The notes under the pieces were generated by a model. That model searched no databases, was not told where the DNA came from, and saw only the letters and a list, made by a program, of their open reading frames with translations. A stretch of 48,811 nt of DNA from contig MRSU01008587.1 of the NCBI GenBank assembly GCA_008369845.1, positions 1 through 48,811 on the forward strand. Reading direction: 5' to 3'. Position 1 is the first letter of the stretch. Each line of letters begins with the position of its first letter. This document shows, in pieces, positions 33,481-44,300 of the stretch. The DNA comes from Trichomonas gallinae (lineage: Eukaryota). A program made the translations under genes and the position numbers.

Positions 33481-33521
33481 ACCAAAATTCGTACGTTAAC
33501 TAAAAGTGCACGTTTAAAATT

Positions 33522-34793
33522 ATGCTGCATTTGCGACCTTTGAACAAAGAGAATTACAGGCTTGAAAATGAGATTGGCAGGGGTAGCTTTGGATGTGTGT
33601 ATAAAGCATATGATCGAATTAACCGCCAATATGTTTGCATTAAGCAAGTTCAAATAAAAAATACTTCACAAGCACGATTTAATAAAGAAATTGATATACA
33701 TAGCTCTTTAAATCACCCAAATATTGTTAAATTTCTCGGTACATTCTCAGATGATGAATATATCAGCATCGTAATGGAATTTTGTCCAAATGGATCTCTT
33801 TATGATTCGGAGAAGTACAGAAATCATATACCATTTGATATTGATGAAGCAAGATCGATAATGATCGATTTAGGAAAAGCTATTCAATATATGCACAATA
33901 AAGCTTTTATTCATCACGATATTAAGCCTGGAAACATGCTTTTCGATAAAAATAACCACATTAAATTATGTGATTTTGGATTGTCAACATCATTGAAAGA
34001 TATTAACCCAACTAAGAAAGATATGGCCGGAACACTTCATTACATTGCACCAGAAGTACTTAAGCAAAGAGCTGTTTCTCGCGCTTGCGACATTTGGAGC
34101 TTTGGTGTTGTTTTATACACTTTACTTGTTGGACATCTACCATTTGAAGCTGAAAGCCAGTATGAGATGGCCCAGAAGTCTATGTCTGCAGATTATTCGA
34201 TACCATCATCAGTAGATCCATATGCAGCTGATTTAATTAATTTATGTCTTGCTTTGGAGCCAAAAAGCAGACCATCTATTGACCGAGTGCTTGACCATAA
34301 GTTTTTCACTATGCAAACACGAATTTATTCAAATATCAAAGTTAATCAAAATATCAGAAAGAAGGATTTAATTTGTCCATTTTCGAAAGGCATTGTTACA
34401 GCTAAAACAACAGGCGAGCTTATTTTAGATCTTTCCAGCAAAGATGAAATTCTTAAGATAATTCCTGGAATTTCTGTGTTGGTTGCACAGAGAGATGGAA
34501 ATATACTCAAGCACTATGAAATGTCTAATGTGCCAAAGAAATACTTATCTAGGATCAATTTTGCAATAGATATCGTCAAAAAAGCAGAAAATCAAATTCC
34601 GATAATGATTTGGCATCATTCTCAAGGGAAATTTGTTATGCTTGGCGATATGTCGATAAAACTCCTTAATAACAACAATTGGTATGATGTTGATGATAAT
34701 TTACCAATTATCAAATCTATGCGCGACATTGTCCAAATTGTGCAAAATTCATCAGATCCTCAATATCCTATTGTCATAGGATCCGCTAAATAG
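33522..34793 (+). CDS. Polo-like Ser/Thr kinase with a PLK4-type cryptic polo box
   Basis: Kinase motifs GRGSFG, VCIK, HHDIKPGN, DFG, GTLHYIAPE, YTLLVG.LPF and VLDHKFF. The C-terminus resembles PLK4 PB1-PB2. The kinase call is certain; the PLK4 subfamily call is less so. Confidence 0.8.
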   Translation: MLHLRPLNKENYRLENEIGRGSFGCVYKAYDRINRQYVCIKQVQIKNTSQARFNKEIDIHSSLNHPNIVKFLGTFSDDEYISIVMEFCPNGSLYDSEKYRNHIPFDIDEARSIMIDLGKAIQYMHNKAFIHHDIKPGNMLFDKNNHIKLCDFGLSTSLKDINPTKKDMAGTLHYIAPEVLKQRAVSRACDIWSFGVVLYTLLVGHLPFEAESQYEMAQKSMSADYSIPSSVDPYAADLINLCLALEPKSRPSIDRVLDHKFFTMQTRIYSNIKVNQNIRKKDLICPFSKGIVTAKTTGELILDLSSKDEILKIIPGISVLVAQRDGNILKHYEMSNVPKKYLSRINFAIDIVKKAENQIPIMIWHHSQGKFVMLGDMSIKLLNNNNWYDVDDNLPIIKSMRDIVQIVQNSSDPQYPIVIGSAK

Positions 34794-35509
34794 CGCTTAT
34801 TTGTTTGTAAATTTTATATGTATTGATGATTTTATATATTTATACTATCATTTATCCTGCAATTTACATAGTATATCATTACATAGAACTATTCACATCA
34901 GCAATTATATAAATTATAATTAATTTTTTAATAAAAACATATTAGGATGGACTTATGAACACAGTTATATATCATTCATTTTGGAATTCTATATATTGAT
35001 ATTGTTACAAATTTGTTTGGTATTAATAAAATATGTAGCAAAATAATAAAAAATTAAAAATGCATATTAGCTTAAGCCAGTATCACTCATATTGCATTAT
35101 AAATCAATTCTTTAAATCCTTCTGCTTTATAAATTGTAAAGCAAAATTTGAAATATATTAATGATATTTGAGCATTTAACCAATATGTTTACTTTCTATG
35201 AGTAAATTTTCAATCAAAAACATGCATAAAAATAATCGCTATCGATGAGATATTTTATGCGATAATCTCAAAACAGTTATTATACATTGGCAACAATAGA
35301 ATGAGCTTAAAATACTGAAAATTATAATAATACTACATTGTTTTACCTTAAAAGATTTTTATTATCAAAAATCAAAATCTCAATATTATTAAATGAAATT
35401 CGAAAATTAGAATAAGCATAGTCAATAGATTTGAAATATATAGTTAAAATGAAGGAGATTTTGTTTGAAAGACGATAAAAACGATGAAAAATACCTGAAC
35501 AGTGCTCAA

Positions 35510-36058
35510 ATGTCTGCCAAGGCTGAGAGCATTGTTCCTGTGCCCGGGGAGTCATCTGGGAGTACCACCATTCCGAACAGGTGGGTTTTCTGGTATTTGA
35601 TTCCGAGCAAGGGAGGCCAAAATGTTCATTGGAGCGAATATCTTCATCCACTACATTCATTCGACACCATTGAGAGTTTTTACAGATTACTTCACTCAAT
35701 AGAACATCTACGCAGTCTGTTGAAAGGCTGCAGATACTATGTTTTCAGAGAAGGCATAAAACCACTCTGGGAGGATCCATCAGTCAAGAATGGGCAAATG
35801 GTTGCCATAGAGATGGATAAAAGCCCAGAAAATACAGAGATTATTGAGCAGAAATGGCAAGATATCATTATTCCATGTTTGAATGAAGAATTTGGAAGTG
35901 ATATTGTCGGAATAGAGTTCTCATCGCGTGTTGATACATGGCGCGTCTCATCATGGGTTAAAAAAGGTTCCAAAAATATTGATAATATTGTTTCGTTTTA
36001 TCAAGCTGCTTTCCCTCATTTAGCACACCTTGTTACTGTCTCTAATATTGGAGACTAG
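35510..36058 (+). CDS. Translation initiation factor eIF4E-family protein
   Basis: NRWVFWY, HW, FDTIESF and YYVFREGIKPLWEDP. ATG at 35510 (MSAKAE). Confidence 0.92.
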   Translation: MSAKAESIVPVPGESSGSTTIPNRWVFWYLIPSKGGQNVHWSEYLHPLHSFDTIESFYRLLHSIEHLRSLLKGCRYYVFREGIKPLWEDPSVKNGQMVAIEMDKSPENTEIIEQKWQDIIIPCLNEEFGSDIVGIEFSSRVDTWRVSSWVKKGSKNIDNIVSFYQAAFPHLAHLVTVSNIGD

Positions 36059-36284
36059 TATAGTTATTACAAATTTGTTTTTTATTCATCGAAAATTTTA
36101 TATCTTAGTCGTATTTAAATTTTCGGTTTTGTTTACAATATCATATGGAAATTTGATACGAATTTAATAACATTTCAAATTAATTTTTTGATTATTTCAA
36201 AATATGTATTTGATTGGCTAAGTGCTTATTGACAGTTATATATAAGAAACATGGATTTAAACAAACATTTATTTCGAATAAATA

Positions 36285-36752
36285 TTAAACTGTGTTTCTT
36301 CCATTTCGCATTTGAGCTCCTTTGTTTGTATTTGTTTTGGGAATGAATGGCTCATCATCAGTGTCTGTCTTCTTGTTTCTACTGAGCATGCAAGTGATAT
36401 ATGAGATAACTGATGAAGCAATTCCAATAGCACCAAAAACTACAGCTACTACGAGAATTACGACTGTCCAATTAACAACAATAAGCTTAATAGTGTTTTC
36501 TGTATTTTGTAATTTGATTGTGTAAATTCCCATTGAAAGTGCTGGTACTGTGCAATTTACAAATCCACGACTAAGATCATCGCAGCTAAGTGGTTTTTCA
36601 TTGAGTAATAAATTGAATGTTGAAGCATCGATTGGAGAATATTGAATAAGGACTTTACGCTCAACATTGGAGCCAATCATCCATGGAGATACTCCATTAA
36701 GCTCGATATTATTTGTTTCGCTTAATGAGAAAATAAGGAAAAATGATATCAT
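36285..36752 (-). CDS. Small type I membrane protein (signal peptide, Ig/IPT-like ectodomain, one TM helix)
   Basis: MISFFLIFSLS signal; C...VNCTVPAL..G.Y.I.L; TM segment WTVVILVVAVVFGAIGIASSVISY followed by a basic tail. Confidence 0.75.
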   Translation of the reverse strand: MISFFLIFSLSETNNIELNGVSPWMIGSNVERKVLIQYSPIDASTFNLLLNEKPLSCDDLSRGFVNCTVPALSMGIYTIKLQNTENTIKLIVVNWTVVILVVAVVFGAIGIASSVISYITCMLSRNKKTDTDDEPFIPKTNTNKGAQMRNGRNTV

Positions 36753-37030
36753 TTCTGTCACTTTTATCCTATTGACTAATTTGTATTTTTGTCATGTAAA
36801 TGATTACATGACAGAAATGATTATAAAATTAGGGGCGGTTTTTCCATCCCCTAATTTATTATGGGAATTAAGTTTTTCAATTTAAACGTTTATTTGTTCG
36901 AATGGGAAGGAGCTGAAGCTCGCTCTTGCACAAGCGCTTGACTGTTAGTATGAAGTTTGGCGTTGAATAAAAAACATCGTTAAAAATATTTTGAAAGTAA
37001 AATTATAAGCGTTTTATTTTATGTAATAGT

Positions 37031-37363
37031 TTATGCACCATGGATCTTGATCATGGCCTTTGGAGCGATCTTCTCATTGATCAAGAAATCAGCAACATTT
37101 TGGCGCTGATCACCTGTAATCTGAAGAACCTGTTCTTCATCTTGTTCAACAATGCAGCCGTTGCAGCAGAATTGCTTCTTGAAGTATGACAAAACCTTCT
37201 TGAGATTAAGTTTCTTTGGAAGACCCTGAACAATTGTCAAGCTCTTCTTGCCATTGCGCTGCTGGGTACGGATATGGATCATTTGATTAACATTTGTCTC
37301 TACAACTTCCTTTGTCTTATCTTCATTATCGTCCTCTGGGAAATCGATGTCGATTTTGCTCAT
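37031..37363 (-). CDS. SUI1: Translation initiation factor eIF1 (SUI1)
   Basis: IHIRTQQRNGKKSLTIVQG, FCCNG, LQITGDQR and IKIHG. Confidence 0.97.
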   Translation of the reverse strand: MSKIDIDFPEDDNEDKTKEVVETNVNQMIHIRTQQRNGKKSLTIVQGLPKKLNLKKVLSYFKKQFCCNGCIVEQDEEQVLQITGDQRQNVADFLINEKIAPKAMIKIHGA

Positions 37364-37398
37364 TGGCTATCGTCCGGCTTATCGTCACTTTTTCGCAT
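37360..37398 (-). promoter_or_regulatory. Possible upstream ORF (MRKSDDKPDDSQ*) whose stop overlaps the eIF1 AUG
   Basis: Minus strand reads ATG CGA AAA AGT GAC GAT AAG CCG GAC GAT AGC CAA TGA; the junction is CA-ATG-A. Confidence 0.4.
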
Positions 37399-38344
37399 GA
37401 TATTCAAAGAAAAATTCCAAAAATTTTTGGGACAAAAATTTTTCACCTGGAATTTTGTTATAACAACAATAGCACCATAACAAATCTGAATTTCATTTCG
37501 ATTTTCCTTCGCTGAAAATTCAAATGAATCAATTTCTTCTAAATGAGCAATTATAGATATTACTGTGCATAATTGGTACTATATAACATGATGCTAGAAG
37601 ATCGCATGACCAAATAAATTAATAATAATCGAAGATAAATTCAAACCCAGCAATATCTGATTTCATCAATAGGATCAAAGATTCATATGATATAAAAATG
37701 GAAAGAAGTGGCGAAGTTGTCTTATATCGATTAAAGATGTTCAAAATTTTCAACATTAATCTAAAATATAGCTATACAAATTAATTATACGTTTATATCA
37801 ATGTTTAAAATCTTAAACTAGTAGTATATAATGAAATGAGAAAATTTTTAAAAAATCTTTGAATATTTACCAATGTGACAAATTCAATCATCATTAATAA
37901 GCTTAGCAAATGTAAGTTCATCGAAAAGATATTTGTCATTGTCTTTCATGTATGTTTTTAACAAATTAGAACCTATAATGAAAAATCTAAAGAAGAAAAA
38001 TCGATTGTGGTGTCATTATAATGAAATCCATTTCTCATTCAGCATATACAAACTTCAGGCAACATATACATGTTGTGAGAAATAGATGAAAAGGCAATAA
38101 CTAAGGAATGTCAAAAATAATTTAATTACATGTCAAAATGTCAAATATTTCGAGTCAGAATGACAGATGTTGTATGTCAGAATGTCATTGTTTATATGTC
38201 AGGTTGTCAAATATTTTTTGTCAGATTCTTTCTTTAACAATTTCCTTTTCGGTCCAAAATTTCGAATATAGTATTTTCATCTATAAACAAATAGAATTAC
38301 GCAAAGAACTAGAATAAAAACAAATCTTATTTCAAAAATTTTCG

Positions 38345-41300
38345 ATGTTTTTCGCAAACGCGGATGATCCTGTTGGTCAAGCTGTTTGCGCTCTCATTGA
38401 AAAAGCAGTCCCTTCCAACCAATCCTTGAAGGAAGAGGAATTTGATTACTACGTCGAAGATTTACAAGATCAAATTATTACACACTTCAACTATCATCGC
38501 ATACAAGAAGTTCCTGACTTCATTGACTCAATGCTGAGCACGACTATGTACGGGGCGAAGACAGACGACAAGAAGAGGAGATACGCGGCCGCTGTGTGCT
38601 TAGCCACACTGATCAGCCTTTTCCCCTTCGACGATTTGATCCCGCAATTTGAGCCAATAGTCAACCAGCTTCTACGCCCTGGTTTTAAACGCTTGGTCGT
38701 CGTTGGTGCAAAGGTTGTAGGATATCTTGGAGGACTCACAGGTCAAAACAGGAACCATTTAATCAAAATTCTCGCCGAAAAAAATGCTGCACTACTTTCA
38801 ACGCCTAACCAAAAGCCAGAGAATCTCTTCACAGCCGCAATTATTTTGAAAGAATTAGCAGATTCTGCTCCAGAGCACATTTTCGCATTAACATCTCAAT
38901 ACTTTATCAAAATGATTTACTCTGGACTGTATTCGCATGACTCTAACGTTAGAGATATTTGTGTTGATATTGTTGAAACTCTTTTTACTTCACAAGCAGC
39001 CTCTGTTGGTGTGTTTTTCCTTACAGATATCTTAGAAAAGATGCGTTTCCAGTCTGTTGAGAGACTTTCTCGCGAAAAAAATGATGAAGATCTTATTTCT
39101 TGCTTTAAACTTCTACAAATTCTGTTGAGACAGCGTCCATACATCGATCCAGATCTAACTGCTCGCTATTTAATGCCAACTTGTGCAAAACTTGTTACAT
39201 CACCAAATTTCGAAATTATGAACTACGCGATTGTTACTATCATGTTCCTCCATGACAGTGAAATATATAATACTGACCCATATGTCATTCAAACAATCAT
39301 GAAACAATTATTCGATGTAACTCTAAAACACGGCAAACTCATTGAACCTCTGTTTTCAAAAGTTATTCACACATACCCAGAATATGTAAGAAAAGAATTA
39401 CATCAGCTTATTGAATGGTTCGGCGTATTTATGAGTACATTGCCGAAAAATGCTTCATTTATTCTTGTTTTTCAGCTCATTGTCGCATCCATTGATGTTG
39501 TTGTCGATCAGAAGCAGCTTTCTCAGCTCCTCGAGCTCGTCAACCAATTAATGAGCAGCTCATCGATGCCAACTCCAATCCACATGCTTCTCCAGTCATT
39601 AAACCAGTACCACCCCAACTGGGACCGCGAGCTCCACAACTACAAGAAGTTCTTAGTCCGTTTAATCCACGAAGAAATGGGTGGACCGTATCAGAGATGG
39701 GAAGTAACAGTTATCTCATTAAACGCCATTGACCAGCTCAACGATTTAAGTTATCCTGATGCTGTCATGCTGCATTCGCTCGTCATGGCTTTGATCAATT
39801 CTCCCGACTGGCAGGTGAGAGAAAGAGTTGCTTCTTCAGCTCTGCACCTTTTCAAGAATCACATCGATAAAATGCCTCTAGAAACAATGTCAAAACTCGT
39901 CGAGCTCGCTGTCAACGACTCAGTTAGATCTGTCCGCAAGAAATCATTATTCGCCTTCAAGCCGAATGTCTACAAATATCTCGCGCAGCCGGAGCTCATC
40001 TGGAAGTTCTCAAGACTTATATATGATGAATCATTCGGTGTCAGAAAGCACGCAATTGAAATTCTCGGCGCTTTAGTACCGAGAACGTCAGCGTCCATTC
40101 TCAGAGAATTGCTTTTGACAACACTAAGGCAGCTGCCAAACAAATACAACCCAATCATTCCTCCGCATATCAGTGATATATTCCCTGAACTGATTTCTGC
40201 TTCAGAACCAATCATTTATTTGTACGCTGACGCAATTTTCCAGCGCTTTTTGAAGATGCTCAACGAAAGATTCTCTACAACAACATTCAAAGATCCTTCA
40301 CTTGTATACATGAACTCCGCTCAGCTTAGAGACATTGATGGCTCTCTCATCAAATCTTTGAGCCATTTGAACGAGTTGTGCCCTGACATTGTTTTGTCAG
40401 GCCCTGTCATTAATGTTTTGTCTAAAGTCCTCGCACTGCCAGTTCACCCGTGGACAAAAGCTCACGCATTGAAAGCTCTTAGATGTGTTGCACAAGGCGA
40501 ATACGACATCTCGTTTGTTTGGCGTGATCACTTCAATCTCATCGAGTCCGTCATCAAAATCATTCGCGAGAACGCTTCGTTGAAATTGGTTACATTATCT
40601 CTTAAACTTTTAGGTAGCATTTCAGCATGTGCCATGCCAACAATGCTCAATCCAAGCAGCAGGAAGCAGATCTTCATTTTCAGATCATTCTTCTCTGGAC
40701 TCAACGAATTCAAGAACTTCTTCATCAAGAGGTATTTCACTGAATTGCTGGATATTTTGTCAGAACCCATGATTGATACGAAGAAGGAAACAATTGCTGG
40801 TGTTTTAACCCAATTATTCGTTGCTGATCCAGATTCAATACCTAACTATTTGACACCTTTCTTTAACGTTTTCTTGCCAATGTTCCCAGCAACATCTATC
40901 TCCACATTGAGAAAGTTCTTTGACTATTTGACAATTATCGTCAGATTGGCCGGCAGAATGATCACTCCGCACGCTACATCTGTTTTCGTCGCAATTGAAA
41001 ACCACTGGCAACAGCAGCTGACCGTTGAAGGCTCCCATGTTATTTCAGCTTTGATTGAAGCCACACACGGCCAATGTGATTCTATTTTGCACCTTGTCGT
41101 TCCTATCTGCTTCCAGTTGATCAGATTCAAGAAGCAAGGCCACTCAGAGCTGTTCAAACTCCTCAGAGCAGCAGCCGACTACACGCCAAGCTACTTAAAG
41201 ACAATCATCGAAGGCATTGCAGACCTAGCGCAGTCCCCAGAGACACAAGATAATGTCTTAGATCTTTGCGTCAAAACGTTGTCATTCATCGTCGACCAAT

Positions 41301-44300
41301 GCGACTGCTCTGAACATCTGGCGACAATCAAGAGATGCGCGATGAAGGTTAAGTCGAACTCAGCTAAATACAGAGAAAGGGCCATAAACATTGTCGAAGC
41401 AATCGATGGAAGAGTTGAACAAGATGATGATACTACAGAAGTCGACGACGACTTCGAGAAGCGTCCAACTCCACCAGTCGTCGACTCAGTTGTCGCGTCA
41501 GATATTGCGACATGGATGCAGCTTCCTGAGGAGCTCAATGATGACTCTTTGGCCAAATGGTACAGAGAGCTTGAATCTCGTCTAATCAACATTGCTCCTT
41601 CTCCTGTTGTGAGAGCTCTTGTTCCATTAAATGACTTCCCAGGCCTTCTTCCAAGCTTTTCTTTCACATTCGCTTTCTTGACGACATGGCAGAACTTGTC
41701 TCGCCCGCAGAAGGGAGAGATCACTGTCTTACTGAACCAGATCTTCAAGTGCAACAGCATCCCATCGTGGATCGCTAAGCAGTTCACCAATCTTGCTGAA
41801 TTCTCTGTCTTAAGTGAAATCGACATCAGACTTGATTTTGCTGCTTTAATTCCATTCTGCGAGCACCACCAGTTCTACGCTAAAGCCCTCTTCTTCCTCG
41901 ACTACGCCCCATCATCATTCCCGTTTACAAAACTCATCCACCTGAATTCAATCTGCGGACGCAAGCTTGAAGCCAGAGCTCTCGCGAAGAGATACTCACA
42001 AGACATTGATCACAACTTGTGGATGGAATTAGGCGAATGGGACAATGCCATCGCATGCATCAACAAGACACTTGATCCGAGCCGATTTATTTATCCTCAA
42101 GTTATCTGCAAAGCAGCAACGGAAGACTGGGATGGAATCCTCAAGCTCAAAGAGAGTTTCTATGATTTGCCGCTCCACGACAAAGTTGACCTCGCAAAGT
42201 ATTTCATGATGGCGGCTGTTTACATGGGTGAAGATGAAATTGCAGAAGAGTTCTTCCAGATGTCAAACGGTTTAACAACAGATGACCAAATTGCACGCGC
42301 CCAGATGCTAATCAGGAACAACAAGCTGGATGCAGCCACTCAAGCCATAAGAACCGGTTGGAGATATCTCGCTTCTTCCGTGTCCGCCATCGAGAAGTGC
42401 AACAAGAACCTCCTCCAAGATTATTCTCTTCAAGCACAACAATTACTGGAGCTCGCTGAAGTTATAGAGTGCCTGAATGATCCTGAAGAGATTGACAACG
42501 TCAACAATGTTTGGCTTGGCCGCCTCCACCTTATACAGAACCAGCCAGATCGCCAGAAAGAGTTATATAAGATCAGATCACTTGTTCCTAACTTGCCACA
42601 CTTCGACGCTTTGATGCTCGATACAATTTCTTATTATATATGGCTCGGACAGAGAGACGTCGCAATTCGCCTCGTCGACGTTTTCTTCCCTGATGAAAAT
42701 TCACCGCACGCTCAATACGTTCAACTGGAGCTCTCTGGCAGAGAAGAAAAGATCAACGAAATGCGCGAACTCGCTGACACTTGCAATAATGAGGAGCTTT
42801 CTTCCCGTCTCAGACAGTTAATCGGTAACATCAAGCTGAAGTCTGCATCAAAGCTCGACGACTTCAAGAATGTCGCTGAATACTACGAAAGCGCGAACAA
42901 GTCTTACGAAAAGATCGGAAACATTTACATCATTATCGCACACGCTGGAGGTGGAATAGATGCTGCACGTGAAGGTGTTGTTGGCCTCGGAAAGAGTATT
43001 GACGTCAAGCCGGTCAAAGGCTGCTTGTTCGCCAATCAGTTACTCGGCGCTCTAGTTAACTTCGGTAGGGATAAAAGTGTCGCAGACGCCGTGGCAGTCG
43101 CTGTCAATGAGCTCTCACCTCAAAGCCTCGCAACAATCTATTCCACGGCCTTCGCACTTTTGTTGCATCCTTCAGAGAATGTCAGAGATGTCGCTGCTCA
43201 AATATGCTTCAAGTTAGTAGCTACACAACCTGAATATGTCGGCTTCCAGCTGCTGATGATGGAGTCGAAGCACTCAGACATCGACGCACTTGAGCAGATG
43301 TTCGATAAACTGCAGATGGAGTTCCCAGTCATTTTCTCACACGTTTCATTGATTTACAAAGAACTTTTGAAGATGTCGAACGTCCTCTACATTGTATTTC
43401 AGAATACTCTAGAAGAAGCTCAAGAAAAATACGCAGCAGGAGACATAAAGCAGTGCCTGGACAAGCTTGCTGGATTCATGAAACTGTTAAACGATCCAAA
43501 CAAGACAGTTCATGACGCGCAATTCTTCTCAGGTTACACGCAACCAATTTCCAAACTCATTTCTGCAATCACATTAAGAGGAACTATCAATGAAGACGAC
43601 TTCAAGCAGTTGAATGTCATGAGGAAGAGTTTGCAGAAGAAATTCCAGTCACTGAGAGTCATCAGACTTTCATCAGTGTCGCCACGTTTAGAGCAACAGT
43701 CTTCATGGGATTTGAAACTGCTCGGCTCGCATTCTTTGATGAAAAACGGCGTGAAGATTGGAAAATTCTTCCACTCTGTAGGTAATCACGAGCATGGCAT
43801 GCACTTGACAATATTAGGAACAGACGGCAAACGCTATAACTACCAGTTAAGGCGTGGATTTAAACGCTCAAGGCCTCTTGCTACTGAGCAACTGGTAGAT
43901 GCCATTGCGCCAATCCTCGATGATATTCATCACATTGTTCACGGCTCGATCATCCAGCTGAGCGAGCACCTTTATCTCTTCGAAGTTCCAAAGGGCCAGG
44001 CCACTATGTACGAGATGATCACTGTCTACGAACAGTCGAAGGGCCGCATAATCGATGCAGAGCAAGAGTCAATCAAGAAGTGGTACACCGAGGATTACGC
44101 AGACTTATCGCACGAGAACCGCGTCAACGCCTTGAAGAACGTCAGGAAGTACTTCGAAGGCAACGAGCTTTCAAGAGCTATTCTTGTCACATCGAAGGAT
44201 GCAGATGCATGGGCTTACAGAACATCACACTTCTCATCATCACTCGGCGCGATGTCTTCACTTGCTTACTTCCTCGGCTCCGTCGACCACTCACCTCAGC

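Noticed and set aside
41191..41826. 211-aa antisense ORF inside the TOR-like gene, and many similar short nested ORFs
   Set aside because: Antisense shadow frames rich in Ser/Thr/Leu, expected from the sense-strand codon usage.
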